Shown here: positions 52,935-64,000 of the stretch, piece after piece
Numbering within the stretch: the first letter of the stretch is position 1
Layout of the letters: the number at the start of each line of letters is the position of its first letter
Assembly: GCF_035084215.1 (NCBI RefSeq)
Contig: NC_090337.1
Span: forward strand, 19,592,001 to 19,656,000
Source of the DNA: Heptranchias perlo
Lineage: Eukaryota
Direction: 5' to 3'
DNA: 64,000 nucleotides
Made by a program: the position numbers and the translations under genes
Notes under the pieces: generated by a model
Seen by the model: only the letters and a program-made list of their open reading frames with translations
What the model was told of the DNA's origin: nothing
The model's database searches: none

Positions 52935-53655
52935 GAGATCCAAAGAGACTTAGGGGTCCATGTACATAGATCACTAAAATGTAACGGACTGGTATAGAAA
53001 ATAATCATAAAGGCTAATGGAATGCTGGCCTTTATAACTAGCGGACTAGAATACAAGGGGGTAGAAGTTATGCTACAGCTATACAAAGCCCTGGGTAGAC
53101 CATTCCTAGAGTACTGTGCTCTGGGCACCACACCTTAGGAAGGATATATTGGCCTTGGAGGGAGTGCAGCGTAGATTTACTAGAATGATACCTGGACTCC
53201 AAGGGTTAAATTTTAACAAGGTGAGATTACACAAACTAGGGTAGTATTCCCTGGAAGTTAGAAGATTAAGGGGTGATTTGATTAAAGTTTTCAAGATATT
53301 AAGGGGAACTGATAGGGTAGATAGAGGGAAACTATTTCCGCTGGTTGGGGAGTCTAGGACTAGGGGACATAGCCTAAAAATTATAGCCAGGACTTTCAGG
53401 AGTGAAGTTAGGAAATACTTCTACACGCAAAGGGTGGTAGGAGTTTGGAACTCTCTTCCACAAATAGCAATTGATGCTAGCTCAATTGTTAATTTTAAAT
53501 CTGAGATTGATAGATTTTTGTTAACTAAAGGTAATCAGGGATATGGGACTAAGACGGATATATGGAGTTAGGTATCAGATCAGCCATGATCTCAATGAAT
53601 GGCAGAACAGGCTCGAGGGGCTAAATGGCCTACTCCTGTTCCTATGTTCCTATGA
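52935..53655 (+). mobile_element. CR1 3' fragment
   Basis: GDLIKVFKILRG..GESRTRGHSLKI..FYTQRVVGVWNSLP, with a (TTCCTATG)n tail. Confidence 0.9.
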
Positions 53656-53994
53656 TACAACCAGGTCAAATGACAATAGACATTTCATTTACCAAAAAAA
53701 ACAAACAAACCAATTTTTAAAAAAAACAAATTAACTATTTTTTATTTCTTTTGAGGTGTCCGTGTACCTTTGTACTGAGTGAGCTGTACTCCATATTACA
53801 TTTTAGGATTACTGGCTCTGAACCTTAACCGGGGCTCTGCAGCGCCTTGGAGGCTAGTTTTGAGGGAAAAAAAATTGGCAAAGAAAATGTAAAAATAATC
53901 TTTGGTGAGTAGGTGAATGTGAAGTGGTATATGAGGCCATAGTGTGCTGTGTGACACCCCCTTCCTGGTGTTGGAGAAGGCTGCCTGGATAATA

Positions 53995-55070
53995 TGTGAC
54001 CTAATAGAGGTCTTTAAAATTATCTGACGAAGGAGATAATCTCCGAAAGCTTGTGATTTTAAAATAAATTTGTTGGACTATAACCTGGTGTTGTAAGATT
54101 CCTTACATTTAAAATTATGAAGGGGTTTAATAGGGTAAGCGTAGAGAAGATTTTTCCACTTGTGGGGGAGACCAAAACTAGGGGTCATAAATATAAGATA
54201 ATCAATAATAAATCCAATAGGGAATTCAGGAGAAACTTCTTTACCCAGAGAGTGGTTAGAATGTGGAACTCGCCATCACAAGGAGTCATTGAGGCGAATA
54301 GCATAGATGCATTTAAGGAAGTTATGTTGAACTTTTATAAAACACTGGTTTGGCCACAGCTGGAGTATTGTGTCCAATTCTGGGCACTGCACTTTAGGAA
54401 GGATGTGAAGGTCTTAGAGAGGGTGCAGGAAAGATTTACTAGAATGGTTACAGTGATGAGGGACTTCAGTTATGTGGATGGACTGGAGAAGCTGGGGTTC
54501 TTCTCCTTAGAGCAGAGAAGGTTAAAAGGAGATTTGATAGAAGTGTTCAAAATCATGAAGGGTTTAGATAAAGTAAATAAAGTGAAACTGTTCCCATTGG
54601 CAGTAGGGTCAATAACCAAAGGACACAGACTTAAGGTGATTGGCAAAAGAACCAAAGGCGACATGAGGAAAACCTTTTTAACGCAGCGAGTGGTTATGAT
54701 CTGGAATGGGCTGCCTGAAAGGGTGGTGGAAGTAGATTCAATCATGGCTTTCAAAAAGGAATTGTATAAATACTTGAAGGGAAAAAAATTGCAGGGCTAT
54801 GGGGAAAGAGCTGAGGAATGGGACTAACTGGATTGCTCTTACAAAGAGCAGGCATGGGCTGGATGGGATGAATGGCCTCCTTCTGTGCTGTAACCATTCT
54901 ATGATTCTATGAAACTAGATAAACACATAAGGGAGAAAGGAATAGAAGGATATGCTGATAGGGTTAGATGAAGTAGGGTGAGAGGAGGCTCGAGTGGAGC
55001 CACAAACACAGGTACAGATCAGTTCGGCCGAATGGCCTGTTTCTGTGCTGTACATTCTATGTAATTCTAT
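53995..55070 (+). mobile_element. CR1 3' fragment interrupted by a second CR1 fragment (~54317-54911) and a ribozyme-bearing insert
   Basis: The 236-aa ORF is a chimera in which the C-terminal CR1 motifs (TRGH..FTQRVV) occur twice. Two separate 3' tails are present. Confidence 0.88.
54024..54107 (+). ncRNA. Minimal type I hammerhead motif in an 84-bp Penelope-like insert (family A)
   Basis: CTGACGA-A-GGAGA(TAA)TCTCC-GAAA-GCTT-GTGA. 11-bp target duplication TTTAAAATTAT at 54013-54023 and 54108-54118. Confidence 0.75.
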
Positions 55071-55558
55071 GTACTATGTAGGATGCCTGGCTGCAAATCG
55101 GCCTGATGGTTATGCTTTATGTGCCTGCAATGTACTTGGATACTTTAAATGTTTATGTTTGCAGGTTCATTTGGACAAGATTGAGGAAGAAGACAGTGGT
55201 GAGAGTATTATGTACTCTCTTTTATTCTTTGACATTAAAAGAAATGGCATCCTGTCTCTAGATAATAAATACAAGGTGACGTAGATGTGTAATATGCCTA
55301 AGGTATTTTAGCCTCCTGTTTTCACAATATGTTCAAGATGTTGCATTCTCATAGTTGTTATATTTACAAAGTAGTCGTCCTGTTCCTATTTTCTTGTATT
55401 TGTTATCATTAAAGGGTAATGCAACCTGTCTATTATATAGAAGGTACTGCACCCACAGTAATTACAAGATATGCAATGTGTTGTGATGCCTGTACTTATA
55501 ATATATTGCAGTTATATTGAGAATATATCTAAAGTATATTATTACCCCCTTTCCTGTC

Positions 55559-55657
55559 CCCAGTACTGATGAAAGGTCTTTGACCTGAAACGTTAACCCT
55601 GTTTCTTTCTCCACAGATGCTGCCTGACTTGCTGAGCTTCTCCAGCATTTTCTGTTT
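55559..55657 (+). ncRNA. Minimal type I hammerhead motif in a Penelope-like insert (family B)
   Basis: CTGATGA-A-AGGTC(TTT)GACCT-GAAA-CGTT-AAC (55566-55597). 20-bp direct repeat TTATTACCCCCTTTCCTGTC at 55539-55558 and 55658-55677. Confidence 0.72.
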
Positions 55658-58600
55658 TTATTACCCCCTTTCCTGTCTAGAATAGGGAAAGACAAGCAGG
55701 TGAGGAAAATTGAAAAAAAAATTTTTTTTTTGAAGCGAAAATAATAATAAAACTTTTATCATAGTTGACAAGAGATTAGTCTCATTATCTGCTGAAGTTA
55801 GGGGGTCCTTGTCTTTCTTTGGCAACCAGCAATGAAACTGTCAGATTGAAGTATTTTTGTGAAGTTAAAGTTGAACTTGCTTATTTGCCAAGAAACATGT
55901 TCTGTGTAATTAAGAAACTGGCTTTACTTGCTACACAACAAAATGCTCAGAATCTGAAACGATAAACATCATATCGAAGGCTGGAAAAATTTCTATTTAA
56001 CACCATAGTAAAGGCTGGGGGAAGTGATTACAAGAACATTTAGTGACACCTAGTGGTAATAAAGGGAACTTTCTCTCCTGTCTGCTGGAGAACACGTATT
56101 AAATATGACTATGTTTGCATTGATAAAGGGCAAATTTTAGCATGTCCTTTTGCTGATTAATCAAGATATGCACCTCATTCATATTCTAAGCAAAGGGATA
56201 ATGTCACAGACCATTACGGGCCTTCAAAATATTCTTTAAGTTCACCAACATGAAAACAAATATTATTTAATAGAAAATACTTTCATTAACAATCAACTGT
56301 TGGACAACTGGGCCAAGAAAGTAGCCTTCACTTGAAAAAGAAGGATATTTTAATCCTGTCAGCAATGTGGTGTTAGGTTGATATCTGTGGGTTTTTAAGT
56401 GTTTCAGAATCAATCAGACTTTGCACACTTTTGTGGTTCATTGCCCTGGTTCCAAAATTATGTAAATATCAGCTAGACATACAGTTTTAAAAAGTCTGCT
56501 GATCTCATTGGCTCAGAAAGCTAACACTAAACACACAGTAAATGGCTGTGTTCCAAGAACAACCATGTAGGTCAGTAATTATGCTGCAATGTAATGGTCA
56601 CAATGGACTTTCCGGAGTGGCGTGAACAGGGGAGGAAACAAAGATCTGATTACAATGCCAAGCAAAGCTCTCCCTGATTCCACACACTAGATCATCACTG
56701 TAGTCTTGTACTCATCATTTAATCAGCTCTCTGCCACCTATTCTAGCATAGAATACTGGAAAGTTCATTATACTCAAATTAATGAACCTGTCAAGAAAAA
56801 AGTTGCTAACAACTGTTTGTAGTTGAAAAATGGAGAAAGCATGAGTTAAGTTTTGAAGTCTTTAAGAGTTTTTTCAGGCCCAGACTAAAAAAGAAAGACT
56901 TTCACGACCTCAGGATGTCCCAAAGTGCTTTGCAGCCAATGAAGTACTTTTGAAGTGTAGTTACTGTTGTAAAGAGAAAACATAATCTCTGTTTGATTCA
57001 CTTGTTATGGTTAGTATATTGACTGTAACAATTAAAGTTACACTTCCTCTAAGGGCTATTTTTATAATAGTATATATCAATTACCAGAAACTGTGGATTT
57101 AAAACAATTTAAGCTCTTTGATAGCTTCCATGTAGATGAAACATTATGCTCTTCCAGTGAGGGGCATTAGTGCATGGTTAGAGCTAACCAATGTGCAATT
57201 AACCCTATCATTAAACTTGGACACACCCCAGCAAGAGTCATGAGTGTATAGGGGGAGGCAACCAATGAATAGTTAAATCTAATGCTGTCTCAGGGAGGGC
57301 TTAAACATGCAAGAGGTAGGTAGTGTATCACTATTACAAGACAAATGGGAAATTCGTGAGCTGGCCAAAACAGAGTCAAATCTGACATTACAGAGATGAT
57401 CTCACTGTGAAGAGCAGAGCATGGAAAAAGATAACTAAAACAGGATCTGGCATTATGGAGTGGAATAAGTGGACCTGAAGAAATAGTGAATGCAGGTCTA
57501 ATGTTGGCATTGCACAGGTACTATCCCAGAGAGAGGTGCAAGTGCATGTCTATAGGTAGTTGACAGAGAATTAATTTTGGCGTTACTCTGACATTCTTCC
57601 AAAGAGGTTATGCGTGTATAGGGAGAAGCTGCTAATGTATTACACTAAGGAAATTACACTAAGGTTCTCACTGCAAAAATTCCATTCAAACATTCCTGAT
57701 TGAAACTCCAACAAAAGTCTTGAGTCATTTTTATAGCATTGCCACTTGTGTCTTACATTGATTTACAGCAGCCATGGTGAAATGAAAACATTTCATTAAC
57801 ATAGCTCCTTCAAACTGAATCTTTCTGCCTTCTAAGAGTGTTGAGAATAACATTTGTGTGTATATATATATCACACAATTTGAATTGTAGGATGGTGTGA
57901 CACAAAGTGCTACTTATAATCAGAATTCTGGAATGTAAAAGCTCCCTCTGTTGGATGCCATGAGAATACATGAAGAAAAGTAGACATGTTATGAAGTGAG
58001 GGAATTTTTGGAGGTTTGATTTAATTTCAGTTATGATTAGCAGTTGTGTAAGTGGCCCTCAATTTATGAGAGATGACACGCAGTACAATCGTGTACGACG
58101 AAATACCTTGGCAATGTTCTGGAAAATAAACTGCAAAAAAGGAATATGCAAAACAGAAAAGATCAGTGAGAGAAGGGAGGACTGTTTAAAAATAAATATC
58201 AAATCAAAGAATGAGATGGTTCACCATGTAAAATCCAATTAGAGGAGTAGAGTTAGAGGAGCAGGACCAAATGACTGTATAAGGATTGGCATATGGTCTA
58301 AGCTAAGGTTTAGTGAATACAGGACTAATAGAAGGTGCTGTTATCCGTTGCACAGTAGGTTTGCTCCTCAATAATGGGAATGCACGACCTTAACCTTAAA
58401 AAGGAGGAACTTGTCTCACAAGTAGATACTTTGGTAAGAGGAAATCTTTAATTTTTTTTAAGCAGCAGATTCATCTCCTTCTGTTATATTTGGTTTGTTC
58501 TAGTGCGGCACTACAAGATTGCAGAGGGTTCCAGTAAGACTTACACACTAATGGAAAACTTCAGCTTATTCAACATCCAGTTATCTGAACAGCTTTGCCT

Positions 58601-59050
58601 CACACAATAGCTCTTGCATACCGTCCAAGAAAATAATTTTACCGATAATACTCTAATTACAGACAGGTCATTCAAACAGTCAATTATCCAAAATATTAAC
58701 CTCTGGTTCAGACTGGATACTCATCTGTATAAAATCTACTACTATTTGTGTGACAGATTTTGGTATGTTGATCTTGATAAACACTAGATCAATTCCAGAA
58801 TGGGCGGGGATTGGAAGCCTAGGGATCTATGTTTTCAAGCACTGGGATTGGCTCCAAGCTGACAGCTATGCCAGTTCAATTTGTCCAGCTCAAGAGGATT
58901 CATTTATTTAACGTCCATTTAGAGTAAAGATAAAGACCTCAGTGTTAAAAAAATGCACTGTAGTGATTATAACGTACAGCTTGATGCAATGGAGAATTGC
59001 CAAGTAGCGTTATTACTCGCATGTGTTCATACAATATTAAAGTTACTTAC

Positions 59051-59068
59051 CTCAAACCTCCCAATGGT
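59051..59068 (-). CDS. Candidate 18-nt microexon (TIGRFE) of the NYAP2-like gene
   Basis: tttaatctttattatttcgcacAG|ACCATTGGGAGGTTTGAG|GTAAGT. Frame-preserving, stop-free in phase 0, and compatible with the phase-0 terminal exon. Confidence 0.5.
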
Positions 59069-59309
59069 CTGTGCGAAATAATAAAGATTAAACTTAAATT
59101 GGGCTACATTAAAAAAGCCAATTCAATGCCTATTATTTAGGCAAATAGGTTCTGACCTCTTCATTCGTTGAGAAGCACAATTTATTGCGTTGAATTACGT
59201 ATTATCACCTGTTCATTTACCTTCCTAGTTTTATAAGATTCACAAAAATATTTTTAAATGGTTAACTGCCTTCATGAAAAAGTGTTTGTCAAACCACCTT
59301 TTGTTTACA

Positions 59310-60070
59310 AAAACTTGCTTTTTTAGCACTTTTAAAGAAATAAAATGTTCAAAATTGCCTCTCATAGAAGACAGGTGGACTCAGCAGCAAAAGATTTAGG
59401 AGAGTTAGCTGAAGGAACAGTCAAAAAGGTAGGTTTGGAAGAGGTTTCTAAAGACAGGAAGAGAAAGGGGTTTAAGAGGGAGTTCCAGAGGGCAAGGCCA
59501 AAAGGGCTAAATGTTAGGAGCAGGGTATGCACACACAGCCCATAGTTGGAGGATTCCAGAGCGTGGGCTGGAACATATAACCGGAGGAGGTTGCAGAGGC
59601 AAGGTGGCGTGAGAGTTCCTGGAGGGATTTGTAAATGAGGAAAAGGATTTTGAAATTGGTGCATCAGGGGATGAGGAGCTGGTGGAGGTCGACAAAGATA
59701 AGGTGCTGGGTGAGTATGCCATTGTGCAGGACAAGATGTGTGCTGCAGACTTTTGGACAAGTTGAAGTTTGTATATTGAGGAATGTAAAAGGCCAGTAAA
59801 GAAGATGTTTATGAAGTCAAATATTGAGGTAAAGAAAGCATGGATATGGGTTTCAGTGGTGGAGGAGGGTGAGATAGGAATGAAGGCAATCAATGGTTCA
59901 TAGATAGATGTATACTAATGGATTGACTATGAGATTAGAAGCTCAGGTCAGAGTTGAACAGGACACTGAAGTTGTGCACTGCCTAATTCTGTCTGAATGA
60001 CTATCGAGGTACGTGGATAAAGTCAGAAGCAAGGGTACGGAATGTTTGGTGGGAGCTGAATAAGATGGAA
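59310..60070 (-). mobile_element. Old L2 fragment
   Basis: ETHIHAFFTSIFDFIN..KLQLVQKSAAHIL and LWNSL motifs. Confidence 0.8.
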
Positions 60071-61009
60071 AACACATTAAACTTAATTTAATGACTTGCG
60101 ATTGATTTATAAAGAAGTAACAACAGGGCTCTTCTCAATCTTCTCCCTCCCCAAATAAAGTTTCGCTAAAGCCTTTTTCATGAAGGCAGTGCCCCTTTAT
60201 GTCTAAACAAAACCATTCGTAATTCCTACATCTCTTCCAGGTAATGAACGCCATCTTTGTGCTTGCACTGGGTGCAAACACAAACTCCCATAATGTGGGA
60301 GAGAAATTGGGTCTCTTTATTGCCTCAGGCCACAGAAAAGCAGAGGCAGCAAAAAGATCAGATTAATCTCAACAGACTGTGGAACAAATTTGTTCCTCAA
60401 GTGAGAAGACGATTCGGAATTCTCACCAGACAGAATTAGTGAGTCCCCTATTCAATAATACGTCCCCTATTTCAGGTGCAAATTTTGACAGAGAATGGGA
60501 AAGGCCAAACTTGCGGCAATCTAGCAAAGTGAGAGATTGCAGCTTGCTGCTGGAATCCAGTCCAGACATTTCACTGCATCATGCTACGCATTGGACCCAT
60601 CTCCTGAATCTCGCACACAGACTATTTTGTTGTTTTTATGCCTGTGTGTGGCATTTGTGACCACATCAGCACACAACTGACAAACAGCTGGAAAAACACA
60701 TCCAGGACACGTTCAACGCAGGCTCAAGCTGCTCATCCTCACTGGCAGCAATTCAGCAGAGAAGAACCATCCTTTTGTTCGCAAATGTACAATAATAATG
60801 AATAATCACTGCCCCTTTTTATGTAAGTTAAAGCAAACCTAAAGCATGTAAACTTCTAAAAAGGTCAATTAAGTCAATTGTTTTTTTTTAATGAACAAGG
60901 ATGTTATTAGTTTTTATGATTTCACTAGAAAATCCGTGCAAGAAGATTCACTGATGTGGGCGTCAATATTCTAGTCAGTTCAAATAGAAAGCTGCCAGAT
61001 TGCAATAAA

Positions 61010-61205
61010 AAAAATCCAACTGGTTCACCAATGTTCTTCAGGGAAGAGAGCCTGCCACCCCTACCCAGTCGGACCTATACCCACACTACGTGGTAGACTC
61101 TTAATGCCATCTGCCCAACAAGCCCAACTCAGTTGTCAGGGCACTTAAGGATGGACAATGTGACCTTGCCAGTGTTGCCCACATCCTGAGAGCAAATTTA
61201 AAAAA
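61010..61205 (+). mobile_element. SINE-like fragment sharing the 3' tail of the 3339/33791 LINE family
   Basis: Non-coding body followed by GGGCACTTAAGGATGGACAAT..CCTTGCCAG..GCCCACATCC..AAAAAA. Confidence 0.6.
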
Positions 61206-61604
61206 CAACTTTTATGAAGTATTAAGATGTTATACTGCGATCAATAGGTTTTAGACCAGCTTAGCTTAATAGCCCAGTGTATTATATCTGCATCTTGATT
61301 ATGAATTACCCAGTTATTTTGACCATGATGAACAGCAATGATCTCAGAAAAGATTTGAATTCAAGCTAAACATCTGGTCTGAACCTTTACATTAAAAAAT
61401 ATACTTTCTTTTGGGGCATACTGTAGGGCATTGGGTGCAGGTAAACTGCAAAACTGAACACTGCTGATAACATGGCTTCTTGTCACTAAATGGTGTACAA
61501 TGGTCACAGGGAGAGAGTGAGGCATTTGTTTTGTTTCCCTCAGTCAAGTTTGGATGGCTGACAGAAAATTAAAGACTACGTCTTGGCGCTCTTGAGTGCA
61601 CAAG

Positions 61605-61940
61605 CAACAAAGAAGGGCTTGCATGTACAAAGCGTCTGATCATATCCTCAGGATAACTCAAAAAGGTTCATGAGCAATTAATTAATTTTGAAGTACTGGC
61701 ACTGCTGTTATGTAGGAAAATACATCAGCCAATCTGCATACAGTAAGGTCCCATAAACATGACCAGTTAATCTGTTTTTGTTAGTGTTGGTTAGGAGGGG
61801 TATGCTGGCCAGGATATTAGGGGAATTCTCGGCTCTTCTTTGAATAGTCCTACAGGATCTTTCACATTGACCAGAACAGCCCTCATTTTAACTTCTCATC
61901 TGAAAAGCAGAATCTCTGAAAACGCACCTCTAGAATGGAG
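61605..61940 (-). mobile_element. Diverged Deu-SINE
   Basis: Colinear similarity with 23625-23930. Confidence 0.65.
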
Positions 61941-62209
61941 TTATATAATAGAAAAGGAAGTTATTCTTTTTCAAAAAAGCTCACATGTGGCATAGAGTAC
62001 AAAAACAAGGAAGTTACGCTAAACCTTTATAAAACACTGGTTAGGCCTCAGCTGGATGATGCCAGAGGACTGTAGGATTGCAAATGTTACACTCCTGTTC
62101 AAAAAAGGGGATAGTAGCCATGATGTGGAGATGCCGGTGATGGACTGGGGTGGACAAATGTAAGGAATCTTACAACACCAGGTTATAGTCCAACAATTTT
62201 ATTTTAAAA

Positions 62210-62246
62210 TCACAAGTTTTCGGAGATTATCTCCTTCATCAGGTGA
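62210..62246 (-). ncRNA. Hammerhead motif (family A) with a stem III substitution
   Basis: Minus strand reads TCAC-CTGATGA-A-GGAGA(TAA)TCTCC-GAAA-ACTT-GTGA. The AAGCTT palindrome is broken. Confidence 0.65.
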
Positions 62247-62518
62247 GTGAGGCAGAACAAGTTGAGAAGGCTGTTAAAGCATATGGGATTCTGGGCTTTA
62301 TTAATAGAGTCATAGAGTACAAAAGCAAAGAAATTATGCTAAACCTTTATAAAACACAGGTTAGGGCTCAGCTGGAGTATTGTGTTCAATTCTGGGCACC
62401 ACACTTTAGGAAGGATGTCAAGGACTTAGGGAGGGTGCAGAGGAGATTTACTGGAATGGTGCCAAGGATGAGGGACTTCAGTTATGTGGAGAGACTGGAG
62501 AACATAAGAACTCGTCAC

Positions 62519-62555
62519 TCACCTGATGAAGGAGATAATCTCCGAAAGCTTGTGA
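62519..62555 (+). ncRNA. Complete minimal type I hammerhead motif (family A)
   Basis: Stem I TCAC/GTGA, core CTGATGA, stem II GGAGA/TCTCC, GAAA, loopless palindromic stem III AAGCTT, predicted CUU cleavage triplet. Confidence 0.78.
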
Positions 62556-63605
62556 TTTTAAAATAAAATTGTTGGACTATAACCTGGTGTTGTAAGATTC
62601 CTTACAAAAAAGGGGAGAGGGATAAACCCGGCAATTACAGGCTGGTCAGCCTAACGTCGATGGTGGGGAAACTTTTAGAGACAATAATCCAGGTCAAAAT
62701 TAATTGGCACTTGGAAAAGTATGGGCTAATAAATTAAAGTTAGCATGGATTTGTTAAAGGAAAATTATGTTTGACTAACTTGATTGAGTTCTTTGATGAG
62801 GTAATGGAAAGGGTTGATGAGGGTAGTGTGGTTGATGTTATGTATATGGACTTTCAAAAGGCATTTGATAAAGTACCACATAATAGATTTGTTAGCAAAA
62901 TTAAAGCCCATGGGATAAAAGGGACTGTGGCAGTGTGGATACAAAATTGGCTAAAGCACAGAAAGCAGAGAGTAGTGGTGAATGGTTGTTTTTCAGACTG
63001 GAGGGAAGTTGTCTGCAGTGGTGTTCCCCAGCGGTCAGTACTAAGACCACAGCTCTTTTTGATATATGTTAATGACCTGGACTTGGGTATAGAGGGTATA
63101 ATTTCAAAGTTTGCAGATGACACGAAACTCAGAAATGTAGTAACCAATGTGGAGGATAGTTACAGACTTCAGGAGGACATAGACAGACTGTTGAAATGGG
63201 CAGACACATGGCAGATGAAATTTAATGAAGAGAAGTGTGAAGTGATACATTTTGGTAGGAAGAATGAGGAGTGGCAATATAAACAAAATGGTACAATTTT
63301 AAAGTGGGTGCAGGAGCAGAGAGACCTGGGGTGCACACACACAAATCTTTAAAGGAGGCAGAACAAGTTGAGAAGGCTGTTAAAGCATATGGGATTCTGG
63401 GCTTTATTAATAGAGTCATAGAGTACAAAAGCAAAGAAGTTATGCTAAACCTTTATAAAACACAGGTTAGGGCTCAGCTGGAGTATTGTGTTCAATTCTG
63501 GGCACCAAACTTTAGGAAGGATGTCAAGGACTTAGAGAGGGTTCAGAGGAGGTTTACTGGAATGGTGCCAAGGATGAGGGACTTTAGTTATGTGGAGAGA
63601 CTGGA

Positions 63606-64000
63606 GAACATAAGAACATAAGAACATAAGAAATAGGAGCAGGAGTAGGCCAATCGGCCCCTCGAGCCTGCTCAGCCATTCAATAAGATCATGGCTGATC
63701 TGATCCTAATCTCAAATCTAAATTCATGTCCGATTTCCTGCCTGCTCCCCGTAACCCCTAATTCCGTTTACTTCTAGAAAATTGTCTATTTCTGTTTTAA
63801 ATTTATTTAATGATGTAGCTTCCACAGCTTCCTGGGGCAGCAAATTCCACAGACCTACTACCCTCTGAGTGAAGAAGTTTCTCCTCATCTCAGTTTTGAA
63901 AGAGCAGCCCCTTATTCTAAGATTATGCCCCCTAGTTCTAGTTTCACCCATCCTTGGGAACATCCTTACCGCATCCACCCGATCAAGCCCCTTCATAATC
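63606..64000 (-). mobile_element. CR1 3' end running off the window edge
   Basis: MKGLDRVD..GETRTRGHNLRI..FFTQRVVGLWN, with an (ACATAAGA)n tail at 63606-63630. Confidence 0.92.

Larger units (their letters stand above)
62112..62604. mobile_element. Composite insert: inverted hammerhead-bearing repeats flanking a copy of nearby DNA
   Basis: 92-bp inverted repeats 62159-62250 / 62515-62606 (1 mismatch). Core 62249-62511 is a copy of 63355-63617. 12-bp duplication CAAAAAAGGGGA at 62100-62111 and 62605-62616. Confidence 0.9.
61987..63605 (+). mobile_element. CR1 RT fragment, interrupted at 62112-62604
   Basis: ANVTLLFKKG|..NYRLVSL..YMDFQKAFDKVPH..SKFADDTK..QLEYCVQFWAP. Confidence 0.92.

Noticed and set aside
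54117-54827. 236-aa intact gene
   Set aside because: It is a chance in-frame fusion of two CR1 3' fragments.

Overview
This is vertebrate genomic DNA, most likely from a cartilaginous fish (shark-type CR1/L2 LINEs and Deu-domain tRNA-SINEs). It is not a prokaryotic locus. Most of the window is intergenic or intronic and dominated by transposons. The one confidently recognised host-gene feature is the terminal coding exon of a NYAP-family gene (NYAP2-like; minus strand, 48878-49111, ending ...LWDTAI*). A candidate 18-nt in-frame microexon lies at 59051-59068, and upstream exons presumably lie beyond 64000. Mobile DNA includes: (1) a nested stack at 2735-9127, where a Harbinger-type MITE holds a CR1 LINE that in turn holds a second LINE, a CR1 tail and an internally deleted Harbinger with Myb/SANT and HARBI1-like remnants; (2) many other MITEs, CR1/L2 fragments and SINEs; (3) a 2.3-kb C-rich minisatellite expanded inside a MITE, and a 25/30-bp minisatellite. 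The most unusual signal is a set of short insertions carrying minimal hammerhead-ribozyme motifs of the Penelope-like type, with 11-20 bp target duplications. One of them (62112-62604) consists of two inverted ribozyme-bearing repeats enclosing a 263-bp copy of neighbouring genomic DNA. Nearly all long ORFs in the track are TE fragments or repeat artefacts. Family names come from motif recognition by eye, not database searches, and boundaries of old repeats are approximate.
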